Origin: an uncultured Thermoleophilia bacterium
GTDB lineage: Bacteria; Actinomycetota; Thermoleophilia; UBA2241
Length of the DNA stretch: 64,000 bases
NCBI GenBank assembly: GCA_963696935.1
Contig: CAVOMB010000060.1
Coordinates: forward strand, 1,704-65,703
Reading direction: 5' to 3'
Each line of letters starts with the position of its first letter. The first letter of the stretch is position 1. The position numbers were made by a program, and so were the translations under genes. The notes beneath the pieces were generated by a model that ran no database searches, was not told where the DNA came from, and was given only the letters and a program-made list of their open reading frames with translations. Below, piece after piece: positions 19,526 through 29,482 of this stretch.

Positions 19526-20797
19526 ATGGCGTGGGGCGCCAGGCACCTCGTAGGTCGCCGGCTGGCCGGCCGCATCGGCCGCTCGCGGCTCATGATGCTG
19601 CTCGCGGTGATGGGGCCCGGGCTGATCGCCGCCGCATCCGACAACGACGCCGGCGGCATCACCACGTGGTCGGTCATCGGCTCGCGCTGGGGCTACAGCC
19701 TGCTGTGGCTGCTGGTGATCATCACGCCCATCCTGGCGGTGACGCAGGAGATGGGCGCGCGGATGGGCGCCGTGACCGGCAAGGGCCTGGCGGCGCTCAT
19801 CCGCGAGAAGTTCAGCCTGAAGGTGACGGCGTTCGCCATACTCGCGCTTCTGGTCGCCAACTTCGGCACCACAGTGGCGGAGTTCAGCGGCATCGCCGCC
19901 GCGTTCAGCCTCGCGCACGTGCCGGCTTGGGCGTGCGTGCCGCCGGTGGCCGCCGGCGTGTGGCTGCTGGTCACGCGCGCGAGCTTCCGCAAGGTCGAGC
20001 GCGTGTTCCTGGCCCTCACCGCGGTCTACGCCGCGTACATCGTCGCCGGATTCCTGGCGAAGCCCGACTGGAGCGCGGCGCTGCACGGCGCGGTGCGGCC
20101 GCAGGCGACCATGAGCAGCGTGTGGCTGCTCACCGTGGTCGCCGCCATCGGCACCACCATCACGCCCTGGGGCCAGTTCTTCATCCAAGCCTACATCGTC
20201 GACAAGCGCGTCTCGATCCGCGACTACGTGTACACCCGCATCGAGGTGGTGGTCGGCGCGATCTTCACCGACGCGATCGACTTCTTCATCGTCGTGGCCT
20301 GCGCCGCGACCCTGTACAAGTCGGGGATCGTCGTCGAGACCGCGCAAGAGGCCGCCCGCGCCCTCGAGCCCGTCGCCGGGCGGGCGGCCGAGCTCCTCTT
20401 CGGCTTCGGCCTGCTCAACGTCTCGATCCTCGGCGCGGCGATCCTGCCGCTGACCACCGCCTACGCGATCTGCGAGGCGTTCGGCTTCGAGAGCGGCCTG
20501 GACAAGAAGTTCGACGAGGCGCCCGCGTTCAACGGCATCCTGACGGTGTTCATCGTCGTCCCGGCGCTCGTCGCCATCATCCCGAACCTGCCCTTGGTCA
20601 AGGTGATGCTGCTCAGCCAGGACGTCAACGGGATCCTCCTGCCGATCATCCTCTTCTACGTGCTCAAGATCATCAACGACCCGCACGTGATGGGCGACCA
20701 CGTCAACGGCAGGGTGTACAACACGGTCGCCTGGGCGTTCTCGGCGGTGCTGGTCGGCCTCTCGGTGACGCTGGTCGCGTCGCCGTTCATCTTCTGA
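19526..20797 (+). CDS. Nramp-related Mg2+ transporter (NRMT type), paralogue 2
   Basis: GPGLIAAASDNDAGGI and GTTITPWGQFF. Confidence 0.88.
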   Translation: MAWGARHLVGRRLAGRIGRSRLMMLLAVMGPGLIAAASDNDAGGITTWSVIGSRWGYSLLWLLVIITPILAVTQEMGARMGAVTGKGLAALIREKFSLKVTAFAILALLVANFGTTVAEFSGIAAAFSLAHVPAWACVPPVAAGVWLLVTRASFRKVERVFLALTAVYAAYIVAGFLAKPDWSAALHGAVRPQATMSSVWLLTVVAAIGTTITPWGQFFIQAYIVDKRVSIRDYVYTRIEVVVGAIFTDAIDFFIVVACAATLYKSGIVVETAQEAARALEPVAGRAAELLFGFGLLNVSILGAAILPLTTAYAICEAFGFESGLDKKFDEAPAFNGILTVFIVVPALVAIIPNLPLVKVMLLSQDVNGILLPIILFYVLKIINDPHVMGDHVNGRVYNTVAWAFSAVLVGLSVTLVASPFIF

Positions 20798-20827
20798 CGC
20801 GTCGGCGGCCCGGCGCGGCGGCCGCGC

Positions 20828-21826
20828 TCAGTCCCCGCCGCCGGGCGGCGCGGCCTCACTCTCGTCGCGCCGCGGCGTGGCGGCCTCGCCGTCCTCCGCC
20901 TTGTGCGTGCGCGGCTCGACGTGGACGAGCACGTCGGTGTTGGGGATGCAGGCGCGGATGTCGGCCTCGATGTGCTCGGCGATGTCGTGCGCCTGCGTGA
21001 TCGTGAGGTTGTCGTCCACGAGCACGTGCAGGTCGACGTGCCGCCGGCTGCCGGCCCGGCGGGCGCGCAGCTTGTGGTAGCCGCTGATGATGTCTCCCCG
21101 GTGCTCGCGCACGCAGCGGCGGATCACCTCGAGCTCGTCGTCGGGCAGCGTCTCGTCGAGCAGCACGCGCGTGGACTGCATGACCAGCTCGTAGCCCGTG
21201 TGGATGATGAGCACCGCCACGGCGATGGCCGCGATGGGGTCGAAGTAGGACCAGCCGGTGATCTTGACCAGCAGCAGACCGCCGGCCACGCCGAACGAGG
21301 TGTACACGTCGGTCGTCAGGTGGGCGGCGTCGGCCTCGAGCGCCGCCGAGTCGGTGCGCCGGGCCGCCGGGTAGAGGACCTTTCTCGAGACGTACAGGTT
21401 GACGAGTCCCGAGACGACCATGACGCCGATGCCGAGCCACACGTGGTCCAGCGTGGGGCCGTCGATGATCTTGGTGACGCCCTCGAAGATGATGACGCCG
21501 GCGGCGGCGATGATGAGCAGCGCCTCGATGACGCCACTCAGGTTCTCGACCTTCTCGTGGCCGTACTGGTGGCTCTCGTCCGGGGGCTGCGCCGCCTGGC
21601 GCACCGACCAGAAGGCGATGATCGCCGCCACGAGGTCCGAGCCGGAGTGCAATGCCTCCGAGATGATGGCGATGGACCCGGAGAGGATGCCTACGGTGAG
21701 CTTGAAGACGATGAGGACCGCGTTGGACGCGATCGAGGTCGCGGCGGCGCGCGACTTGAGCTTGTGGTTGAGGCGGTCGTCGGCCGGAGCGGCCGGATCA
21801 GTCGACTTGTGCGCCTTCGTCGGCAT
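20828..21826 (-). CDS. Cation diffusion facilitator (FieF-like)
   Basis: SEALHSGSD, HQYGHEKVE, ADAAHLTTD, HDIAEHIE, VLVHVEP. Confidence 0.92.
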   Translation of the reverse strand: MPTKAHKSTDPAAPADDRLNHKLKSRAAATSIASNAVLIVFKLTVGILSGSIAIISEALHSGSDLVAAIIAFWSVRQAAQPPDESHQYGHEKVENLSGVIEALLIIAAAGVIIFEGVTKIIDGPTLDHVWLGIGVMVVSGLVNLYVSRKVLYPAARRTDSAALEADAAHLTTDVYTSFGVAGGLLLVKITGWSYFDPIAAIAVAVLIIHTGYELVMQSTRVLLDETLPDDELEVIRRCVREHRGDIISGYHKLRARRAGSRRHVDLHVLVDDNLTITQAHDIAEHIEADIRACIPNTDVLVHVEPRTHKAEDGEAATPRRDESEAAPPGGGD

Positions 21827-22520
21827 GCAGCAGGCCCTCCCGTCGCAAGATATCGACGAGGGCCCTCCCGGCCAGTGCGCGGTGGCTGGCCTGGTCCTTG
21901 GCATCCTGCGGCCACTCGGCCACGGAGAGGTCCGACCCTTCGGGGATGAAGACGGGGTCGTAGCCGAACCCGCCCTCGCCGCGCGGCGCCTCAGCGATGG
22001 CGCCCCACCAGTGTCCCGTTGCGGTGTAGTGTGTCATGTCCGGCGCGACGGCGACAACCGAGCAGACGAAGCGGGCGCGGCGCGCGACGGGGCCGGCGAA
22101 GCCGGCCAGCTCGCGCAGCAGGCGCTCGTAGTTGGCGGCATCGGCGCCGGGCCCGTCCACGCCCGCGTAGCGGGCGCTGGTGACGCCCGGCGCCCATTCC
22201 AGGGCCTCGACCTCCAGGCCGGAGTCGTCGGCGAGGTAGAGCACCTGCTCGTCCGGCCGCAGGCCCAGCTGCTCGAGCAGCGCGGGGTCGGCCGTGACCG
22301 CCCGCGCCAGCCCCTCCGCCTTGCCGAGGGCGTTCTCCACAAACGACTCGACGCCCTCGGGCGGCAGCTCCACGCCGGCCGGCATGACGTCCACGCGGCA
22401 CGGCGCCAGGATCGCGCCGAACTCCTTGGCCTTGTGGCGGTTGCCGGTGGCGAGGACGAAGCGCGTAAGCGATGCTCCTTCGGCGCTCCGCTCAGAGCTC
22501 GGGCTACGTGGAGCTTTCAC
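21798..22520 (-). CDS. rdgB: Non-canonical purine NTP pyrophosphatase (RdgB/Ham1)
   Basis: [38 protein letters not shown]; GTGA overlap with the rph stop. Confidence 0.93.
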   Translation of the reverse strand: MKAPRSPSSERSAEGASLTRFVLATGNRHKAKEFGAILAPCRVDVMPAGVELPPEGVESFVENALGKAEGLARAVTADPALLEQLGLRPDEQVLYLADDSGLEVEALEWAPGVTSARYAGVDGPGADAANYERLLRELAGFAGPVARRARFVCSVVAVAPDMTHYTATGHWWGAIAEAPRGEGGFGYDPVFIPEGSDLSVAEWPQDAKDQASHRALAGRALVDILRREGLLHADEGAQVD

Positions 22521-23242
22521 GCCTGCTCGAGCTCCGCGCAGGCGCCCGCCTGGACGCCGGCGAGCGTGTGGGCGCCGGCCGTGACGAGGTCGAGCATGCC
22601 TTCGAGCGCCGCGCGCGAGTACGGCTCGCCCTCGGCCGTGGCCTGGACCTCGACGAGGCGGCCGTCGCCGGTGATGACCGCGTTGAGGTCCACCTCGGCG
22701 GATGAGTCCTCCTCGTAGTCCAAGTCGAGGCGTAGCTCGCCGTCCACGACCCCCGCCGAGATGGCGGCGACCGAGTCGAACAGCGGCAGCTCGTGCAGCC
22801 CCAGCAGGTCTTTGATCTTGAGCGCGACCTGGTACACGGCCACATAGGCGCCGGTGATGCTCGCCGTGCGCGTGCCGCCGTCGGCCTGCAGCACGTCGCA
22901 GTCGACGGCGATGGTGCGCTCGCCGATGATGCCCATGTCCATGACGCCGCGCAGGCTGCGGCCGATGAGGCGCTGGATCTCCATGGTGCGCCCGGACTGC
23001 TTGCCGCGGACGGCCTCGCGGGCCGTGCGCGTGGGCGTGGCGCCCGGCAGCATGCTGTACTCGGCGGTGAGCCAGCCGCGGCCGGAGCCGCGCAGCCAGC
23101 CCGGCACCCCGTCGCTGAGCGACGCCGTGCAGAAGACGTGCGTGTCGCCGAACTCGATGCGGGCCGAGCCGGCGGCGAACTTGGCCACCGCCGGCGTGAT
23201 GGTCACCGGACGGAGCTCGTCGGGCTTGCGTCCTTGTCTCAC
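22517..23242 (-). CDS. rph: Ribonuclease PH
   Basis: [52 protein letters not shown]. Confidence 0.97.
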   Translation of the reverse strand: MRQGRKPDELRPVTITPAVAKFAAGSARIEFGDTHVFCTASLSDGVPGWLRGSGRGWLTAEYSMLPGATPTRTAREAVRGKQSGRTMEIQRLIGRSLRGVMDMGIIGERTIAVDCDVLQADGGTRTASITGAYVAVYQVALKIKDLLGLHELPLFDSVAAISAGVVDGELRLDLDYEEDSSAEVDLNAVITGDGRLVEVQATAEGEPYSRAALEGMLDLVTAGAHTLAGVQAGACAELEQA

Positions 23243-23276
23243 GTCTTCCTCCTCGCCGCCGGGGCGGCAACGGCCG

Positions 23277-23759
23277 TCAGGCGGCCGGTCGTGTCAGTCC
23301 GAACAGGTCGCGGTGCCTGCGCACCGAGAGCAGCAGCGCGAGGCCGAGCGTGAACAGCACCGCGGCCTCGCCGACGCCCACCCAGAGCGCGCTCGCCCAG
23401 TATGGCAGGTCGAGGACGAGCGCGAGCATCGCCGCCACGCCGAACGCGTTGACGACCACCGGCGCGGCGAGCGCGACGACGTGCGGCCCGACCCGGTACA
23501 TGATCGCGCCCGCCGCCAGCGTGAGCAAGGCGCCGAAGACGGTGTCCACCGGCATCATCGGGCTGCCGAGGTTGGCGATCGCGCACCCCACCGTCAGGCC
23601 CGCGACGGCCGCCGGGTCGAAGCAGGCGAACACCATGAGCACCTCCGAGACGCGGAACTGGACCGGCCCGTAGGCGAGTGAGTTGAGTCCCGGGGCGAGG
23701 GTGAGCGCAGCGTAAAGGGCGGCGTAGACCGCCGCCCTCACGAGGAACCGGCTGGTCAT
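23277..23759 (-). CDS. queT: QueT-family membrane transporter
   Basis: [29 protein letters not shown]. Confidence 0.8.
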   Translation of the reverse strand: MTSRFLVRAAVYAALYAALTLAPGLNSLAYGPVQFRVSEVLMVFACFDPAAVAGLTVGCAIANLGSPMMPVDTVFGALLTLAAGAIMYRVGPHVVALAAPVVVNAFGVAAMLALVLDLPYWASALWVGVGEAAVLFTLGLALLLSVRRHRDLFGLTRPAA

Positions 23760-24613
23760 GGCGCGACGAGCTCGCCGAGCCGCTCGAGCGGCAGGGCGCG
23801 GACGCGCGTGAGCGGCATCTGGAGGAACCGGGCGCCGGTGTCGCGGAAGCGGTCGACGTCGCCGGTGGTGTAGAAGCGGTAGGAGCCCATCTCGTCGCCC
23901 GGGCGCTCGAGGCCCTGACGCAGCAGCATGGCCTCGACCTCCCGGGCGATCTCGGCCGCCGGGTTGATGAGCGTGACGTCGCGCCCCAGGAAGCGCTGCA
24001 GCATGGGCGCGATGAGCGGGTAATGCGTGCAGCCCAGGATGACCACGTCCGGCCGGCGCGCCTTGAGCGGCTCGGTGAAGCCGCGCACGGCGTCGGCCAG
24101 CTCTTGGCTGGCCACGTCCCCGGCCTCGATGAAGTCGACCAGGCCGGGGCACGCCTGCTGGATGACCTCCGCGCCGGAGTCCAGGCTGGCGATGGCGCGC
24201 GGGTACGCGCCGCTCGCCACCGTGGCCTCCGTGGCGAGCACGCCGATCTTGCGGTAGCGCGAGCTCTCCACAGCCGCGCGCGCACCCGGCATGACCACGC
24301 CGATGATGGGCGTCTCGAACTGCTCCTGCAGCACCGGCAGCGCCGCCGACGTGGCCGAGTAGCAGGCCACGACGATGAGCTTGCACGGCACGGTCTCCAG
24401 GAAGGCGGTGATCTGCCGCGAGAACAGCTCCAGCTGCTCGCGGCTCTTCTCGCCGTAGGGGAACCGCGCGGTGTCGCCGACGTAGGCGAAGTGCTCCGCC
24501 GGCAGTTGCACCAGGCACTCGTGGAGCACGGTGAGGCCACCCATGCCGCTGTCGAACATGCCGATGGGCAGGGTGGAGAGCTGCTGCGCGTTGTCTGAAG
24601 GAGAAGCGGTCAT
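23756..24613 (-). CDS. murI: Glutamate racemase
   Basis: GMFDSGMGGLTV, DTARFPYG, VVACYSA (usual CNT reads CYS), ILGCTHYP. Confidence 0.95.
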   Translation of the reverse strand: MTASPSDNAQQLSTLPIGMFDSGMGGLTVLHECLVQLPAEHFAYVGDTARFPYGEKSREQLELFSRQITAFLETVPCKLIVVACYSATSAALPVLQEQFETPIIGVVMPGARAAVESSRYRKIGVLATEATVASGAYPRAIASLDSGAEVIQQACPGLVDFIEAGDVASQELADAVRGFTEPLKARRPDVVILGCTHYPLIAPMLQRFLGRDVTLINPAAEIAREVEAMLLRQGLERPGDEMGSYRFYTTGDVDRFRDTGARFLQMPLTRVRALPLERLGELVAP

Positions 24614-24787
24614 GTCGGAGCGCGGTGAGGCGCCCCGGTAGTATTCCCCACCGCGCTCGGGCCTGTCCAGATGAGGGCCTCGCGGTGGGCCGTGCGCCGC
24701 CAACGAATGTACCCCTCAAGCGCCCGCGGCGGGCGGCCGATACGTGCAGTGAGAGAGGGACACGGACCACGGGCCTGGAGGCGGGTC

Positions 24788-25258
24788 GTGAGCGCTGAGG
24801 AGTTCAAGATCGAGTTGTTCGTCTTCCCCGACGGGACGTCGGTGGAGCTGATGGTCTTCGACCAGGTGCGCCGGCGCCAGGCCGCGCGAGGCCCGAAGTC
24901 CGCTCCCGCCACGACCGCTCCGCTGCCGTGCTGCGCGCCTCCGCCGCCTCCGCGCGTGAGCGAGGACTTCGAGGCGCACAAGTGCCCCCTCTGCGGCGGC
25001 ACTCTCGTCTATCCCATCGACTGGGACCGCACGGGCCCGTCTGTCTGGACGCTCGACCTCCGCTGCCCCGACTGCGAGACGCGGCGCGAAGTGACGCTGG
25101 ACCGCGCCTCCGTGGAGCAGCTCAACCGCGAGCTGTACTTCGGCGCCCAGGCGCTCGCGCGCGAGGCCGACCAGATGGCGCGGTGCAACTTCGGGGACGA
25201 GGCGGACCGGATCGTGATCGCGCTGGAGCGCGACCTCATCCTGCCGATGGACTTCTGA
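24788..25258 (+). CDS. Hypothetical protein with a CxxC..CxxC zinc ribbon
   Basis: CPLC..W..W..RCPDC; genome-like codon usage; start site uncertain. Confidence 0.65.
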   Translation: MSAEEFKIELFVFPDGTSVELMVFDQVRRRQAARGPKSAPATTAPLPCCAPPPPPRVSEDFEAHKCPLCGGTLVYPIDWDRTGPSVWTLDLRCPDCETRREVTLDRASVEQLNRELYFGAQALAREADQMARCNFGDEADRIVIALERDLILPMDF

Positions 25259-26177
25259 GCTCCGGCTCGCCCGCTCCGCCCGCCTCGGCACCACTCCTCC
25301 TCCGCCCGCTGTTCGTCAGCCACACGCCCGCCACGACCACGACCGCGGCTGCGCCCTGCGCGAGCGTCAGCCTCTCCCCCAGCAGCACGTAGGCGCTCGC
25401 CACGGCCACCACCGGGGTGAGGTTGATGAACACGCTCACCCGGCTCGCCGGCAGAAAGCGGAACGCGTAGTTGAGCAGCAGGTAGGCGAGGATCGAGCAC
25501 ACGATCGTGAGGAAGAGGACGCCGCCGGCCGCCTGTGCCGTGGGCCGGCGGACCCCCACCACAAGCGCCTCCACCAGCGCCAGCGGCGCCATGAAGAGCG
25601 CGCCGAACAGGTTCTGGTACGCAGTGACGAACAGCGCGGAGCGGCTCACGAGCAGCCTCCGCGCCAGGATGCTGTACACGGCCCCCGACACGGAGGCGGC
25701 CAGCACCAGCAGGTTGCCGGTGAGAGAGCCGCCCCCGGCACCGCCGGCGGCGACCACGAGCGCGACGATGCCGGCGAACGAGAGCAGGATGCCGGCCCAC
25801 TGGCGGCCCGAGGGCCGCTCGGCCGGCACGAACGCCCCGATCACGGCGACGAAGATCGGGATCGTGGCGATGAGGATCGCGGCCTGCGAGGCGCTCGTGC
25901 GCGCGATCCCGGTGTTCTCGAAGCTGAAGTACACGGTGAGGCTGACCAAGCCGATCAGCGCGAGCCGGCCGAGTTCCCTGCGCGTCACCGGCTCGCGCAC
26001 CGGCCGCAGGCGCCACGCCACCCACAGGATGGCGCCGGCCAGCGTGAACCGCAGCAGCGCGATCAGCAGCGGCTCGAACCCCTTGAGCGCCGTCTTGGTG
26101 GCGACGAACGAGAGCGCGAACGCCACCGTCATGCCGACGGCGGCGACGTAGGCGGAGGCGGGCGGGCGGTCGTGCAC
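25236..26177 (-). CDS. DMT/EamA family transporter
   Basis: Ten hydrophobic segments in two EamA repeats; ALLRF, FINLTPVVA. Confidence 0.9.
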   Translation of the reverse strand: MHDRPPASAYVAAVGMTVAFALSFVATKTALKGFEPLLIALLRFTLAGAILWVAWRLRPVREPVTRRELGRLALIGLVSLTVYFSFENTGIARTSASQAAILIATIPIFVAVIGAFVPAERPSGRQWAGILLSFAGIVALVVAAGGAGGGSLTGNLLVLAASVSGAVYSILARRLLVSRSALFVTAYQNLFGALFMAPLALVEALVVGVRRPTAQAAGGVLFLTIVCSILAYLLLNYAFRFLPASRVSVFINLTPVVAVASAYVLLGERLTLAQGAAAVVVVAGVWLTNSGRRRSGAEAGGAGEPELRSPSAG

Positions 26178-26253
26178 CGGACAAGCCTACCTCAGGCTCG
26201 CTCCGCGTTGCGGCCACGCGGTTGATGAACGAAGAGGGAGGAAGCCGGAAGGT

Positions 26254-26330
26254 TGGTGCCCCCGGAAGGATTCGAACCTTCGACCTCGCGCTCCGGAGGC
26301 GCGCGCTCTAATCCCCTGAGCTACGAGGGC
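26254..26330 (-). tRNA. tRNA-Arg(CCG)
   Basis: GCCCTCG/CGGGGGC acceptor, GCTC/GAGC D-stem, CGCGC-ctCCGga-GCGCG anticodon arm, GAAGG-TTCGAAT-CCTTC T-arm, encoded CCA. Confidence 0.97.
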
Positions 26331-26409
26331 ACGGTCAGGCATTCTAGCACGGCTGCCCCGCACGCCGCGCTCGCGGACCGGGCGGGCCGTCCCCCTGCCC
26401 CTCCCCGGC

Positions 26410-26688
26410 TCAGGCGAACTGCTGAAGCGCCTCGGCGAGCTTCACGTCGCGGTCGGTCAGGCCGCCGGCGTCGTGGCTGCTCAGCCGCAACGTCACCTTG
26501 TTGTAGCGGATGTCGATGTCGGGGTGGTGCCGCTGCGCCTCGGCGACCTCGGCGAGTTGCTCCACGAAGTCCACGGCGTGCACGAAGTCGGCGAAGCGGA
26601 AGGTGCGGACCAGCGCTCCGTCCTCGAGCTCCCAGCCGTCGAGATCGGCCAGCGCAGCGGCGACCTGCTCCCGGCTCAGCGTGTCCAT
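26410..26688 (-). CDS. phhB: Pterin-4-alpha-carbinolamine dehydratase
   Basis: AEAQRHHPDIDIRYNKVTLRLSSHDAGGLTDRD. Confidence 0.93.
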   Translation of the reverse strand: MDTLSREQVAAALADLDGWELEDGALVRTFRFADFVHAVDFVEQLAEVAEAQRHHPDIDIRYNKVTLRLSSHDAGGLTDRDVKLAEALQQFA

Positions 26689-26736
26689 GAGCGCCTCCCC
26701 AGTCGTCCGGCCGGCGCCGCGAAGTGACGCCGGCTC

Positions 26737-27225
26737 CTACCGCCTGTCTTCCCCGCGTCCGCGCAAGGCACGCTGCATGTCGCGCTTGGCGTCCTTGTCG
26801 GCCATGTCGTGGCGCTTGTCGTAGAGCTTCTTGCCGCGCCCGAGACCGATCTCGACCTTGGCGCGCCCGTCCTTGAGGTAGACCTTGGTCGGCACGATCG
26901 TGTAGCCCTTCTCGCGCACCTTGCCGGCGAGGCGCTCGATCTCGTGCCGGTGCATGAGCAGCTTGCGCGCCCGCAGCGGGTCGTGATTCCAGATGTTGCC
27001 CTGGTCGTAGGGGCTGATGTGGGCGCCGACGAGGAACAGTTCCGGCGCGTGCGCGCTGCCGCGCACCTCAACGTAGCTGTCGCGCAGGTTGATGCGGCCC
27101 TCGCGCAGCGACTTCACCTCGGTGCCGACGAGCACGATGCCCGCCTCGAAGGTGTCGTCGATGAAGTAGTCGTGGCGCGCCTTGCGGTTCTCGGCGACGC
27201 GTTTGATCCCGGTCTCTCGCGGCAT
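26737..27225 (-). CDS. smpB: SsrA-binding protein
   Basis: [41 protein letters not shown]. Confidence 0.97.
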   Translation of the reverse strand: MPRETGIKRVAENRKARHDYFIDDTFEAGIVLVGTEVKSLREGRINLRDSYVEVRGSAHAPELFLVGAHISPYDQGNIWNHDPLRARKLLMHRHEIERLAGKVREKGYTIVPTKVYLKDGRAKVEIGLGRGKKLYDKRHDMADKDAKRDMQRALRGRGEDRR

Positions 27226-27363
27226 GCCGCCTAGGGTACCGCATCGGGGGCGGCGGGATGTCCTCGGCGCGACACTGTCCGTTGATAGCTTCAAAGCCAT
27301 CAAGTCACAGTGGCCCGGGACCCACACTCCCGCCCCGGCGGATGAGTGCGTGCAAGGGGGCGG

Positions 27364-29478
27364 TCAGCGGTGCTTGCGCTGGGTCTCGCGGCCGGAGGCG
27401 CGGCGGCGGGGCGGGCGCGAGCCCGTAGTCCGCCGCGCCGGACGGCGGTTGGGCCCGGTGACGGGGTGGTCGCCGGGCGGGCCCGCCGGCGCGAGGTCGA
27501 CCTTGCCGGTGAGCTTGTCCACGCGATCCACCGTGACGTCGATCGCGTCACCGAGCCGGTGGCGTGTGCCCGTCGACTCGCCGACGAGGGCCGTCTCGTG
27601 GTCGCTGACCTCCATGCGCTCGCCGCCGAGACGGCGCGACGAGAGGAATCCCTCGAAGACGTCGCCGAAACGGATGAAGAGCCCGCCGCCCACGAGGCCG
27701 ACGATCTCCCCGGTGAACGTCTGCTCCCAGCCCTCCGCCTGCAGGCGGCGCTCGAGCAGGAAGCACAGGGCCACGTCGTCGCCCTTGAGCTCGACGCGGC
27801 TGAAGTCCCGCTCGCGCGTGGAGCAGTCCTCGGCGGCCGTGGCGAGCTCGGCGTCGCCGAGCTCGGAGCCGCCCTCCCCGAGGTGGAAGAGCAGGCTGCG
27901 GTGGGTCACGAGGTCCGGGTAGCGGCGGATGGGCGAGGTGAAGTGCAGGTAGGCGGGGCTGGCGAGGCCGAAGTGGCCCAGGTTCCCCGGCGCGTAGCGC
28001 GCCTGCTTGAGCGAGCGCAGGATGAGCGTGGACCAGGAGAGCCGGCCGCGGCGCTCGCGGACGCTCGTCTCGAGGACGAGGCGGCTGAGGCGGCCGTAGA
28101 ACTCCGCCAGCTGGGCCGCCGGCACCGCCTCCCCGGCCGGGAACGGCGGCGTGGGCACGCCCAGCTCCTCGAGCTGGTCGAGCAGTTCGCGCGTGCTCGC
28201 CGCCTGCGGCGGTTCGTGCACGCGGTACAGGGTGTGCGCCCTCTTGCGCAGCAGGTACTCGGCCACGGCCTCGTTGGCGGCGAGCATGAACTCCTCGACC
28301 AGCGCGTGCGAGGGCGTCTCCGGACGCGCGGCCGCTCCGCTGAGCGCGCCCGCGTGGTCGAATGCGTACTCGGGCTCGAACGAGCCGATGGTGAGCGCGC
28401 CGCGGGCCAGGCGCCGGCGGCGCAGCACCCCGGCGAGCTCGGCGGCCAGCAGCAACTGCTCGCGCAGCGCGTCGTCGGCCTCCATGGTGGCGTCGGGCAC
28501 GTCGCGCGGCGGCTCCGCCCTGCCGGCCACCAGGTGGGCACCGGGCAGGGCGGCGACGGCCGCCTTGGGGTCTGCGAGCGGCGCCGCGGCGGCGAGCGCG
28601 CCGGACGGGTCCTCCGTGCCCGCGGCGGCCTCCACACCGGCCGGGCCGATCACCGTGTCGGCGAAGCCGTAGGTGAGGCGGTGGTCGCTGCTGATGAGCG
28701 ACCGGTAATACTGCGTGGCGGTGCGGCGGCCCGCGGCGTCGAACGTGAACTCCACGGTGACGCATTTGCGCGGCTGTCGCGGCACCAGGCTGCAGAGGTC
28801 GCTGCTGAGCGCCGCGGGCAGCATGGGCTCGGCGAAGAGCGGCAGGTACAGGCTGGAGGTCCGGCGGCGCGCCTCACGCTCGATCTCGCCGTCGCCGTCG
28901 ACGAAGTAGCTGACGTCGGCGATGTGCACATGCGCCCGGTACCCGGAGCCCTCGCGCGCGACCGAGATGGCATCGTCGAAGTCGCGCGCGGTGTCCGGGT
29001 CGATCGTGAAGGTGGGCAACTCCGTGAGGTCGTGGCGGCCGGCGTCGGGGCGCGTCGCACGCGCCTTCACGGCGGCCGCCTCGTCCGTCACGGCGCTCGG
29101 GAAGCCCTGGCGCACGCCTTTGGCGTGGAGCAGGGCGCGCAGGACGGCCCTGACATCGTCGCTGCCGCCGAGGACCTCGACGATCCTGCGCCTGTCGCCG
29201 TGCGACGGCACGGCGAGCACCAGGTCGTCGAGCTTCGGCGGCATCCCTGCCTTGGCCACCAGATACGAGCGCTGGTCGGCGAAGAGAGGCTCGAGCGACC
29301 AGAACTTGCCCCAGCGGGCGACGCGGTACGGGAGCGGACGGCTACGGTCCTGGGGCTCTTCCGGCCGACCCTGACGCTGCTGCGGGCCTCGGGGCTGCGA
29401 GCCTCGGCCCTGGTCGGGGCCTCGCCCTCTTCCTCTCGCTCTGTCGCCCGGGCCGCCGGGACGCCGCGAGGGGCTCAC
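27364..29478 (-). CDS. rnr: Ribonuclease R / RNB-domain exoribonuclease
   Basis: FTIDPDTARDFDDA, HIADVS, EEFMLAAN, HFTSPIRRYPD, C-terminal S1 domain. Confidence 0.92.
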   Translation of the reverse strand: MSPSRRPGGPGDRARGRGRGPDQGRGSQPRGPQQRQGRPEEPQDRSRPLPYRVARWGKFWSLEPLFADQRSYLVAKAGMPPKLDDLVLAVPSHGDRRRIVEVLGGSDDVRAVLRALLHAKGVRQGFPSAVTDEAAAVKARATRPDAGRHDLTELPTFTIDPDTARDFDDAISVAREGSGYRAHVHIADVSYFVDGDGEIEREARRRTSSLYLPLFAEPMLPAALSSDLCSLVPRQPRKCVTVEFTFDAAGRRTATQYYRSLISSDHRLTYGFADTVIGPAGVEAAAGTEDPSGALAAAAPLADPKAAVAALPGAHLVAGRAEPPRDVPDATMEADDALREQLLLAAELAGVLRRRRLARGALTIGSFEPEYAFDHAGALSGAAARPETPSHALVEEFMLAANEAVAEYLLRKRAHTLYRVHEPPQAASTRELLDQLEELGVPTPPFPAGEAVPAAQLAEFYGRLSRLVLETSVRERRGRLSWSTLILRSLKQARYAPGNLGHFGLASPAYLHFTSPIRRYPDLVTHRSLLFHLGEGGSELGDAELATAAEDCSTRERDFSRVELKGDDVALCFLLERRLQAEGWEQTFTGEIVGLVGGGLFIRFGDVFEGFLSSRRLGGERMEVSDHETALVGESTGTRHRLGDAIDVTVDRVDKLTGKVDLAPAGPPGDHPVTGPNRRPARRTTGSRPPRRRASGRETQRKHR

Positions 29479-29482
29479 AGGG

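Noticed and set aside
26254-26330. tRNA-Arg as an island integration site
   Set aside because: No duplicated 3' tRNA fragment or integrase nearby.
26690-27360. tmRNA (ssrA) next to smpB
   Set aside because: No tRNA-like GGGG..TTCGA..CCACCA ends or tag frame found in the flanks.
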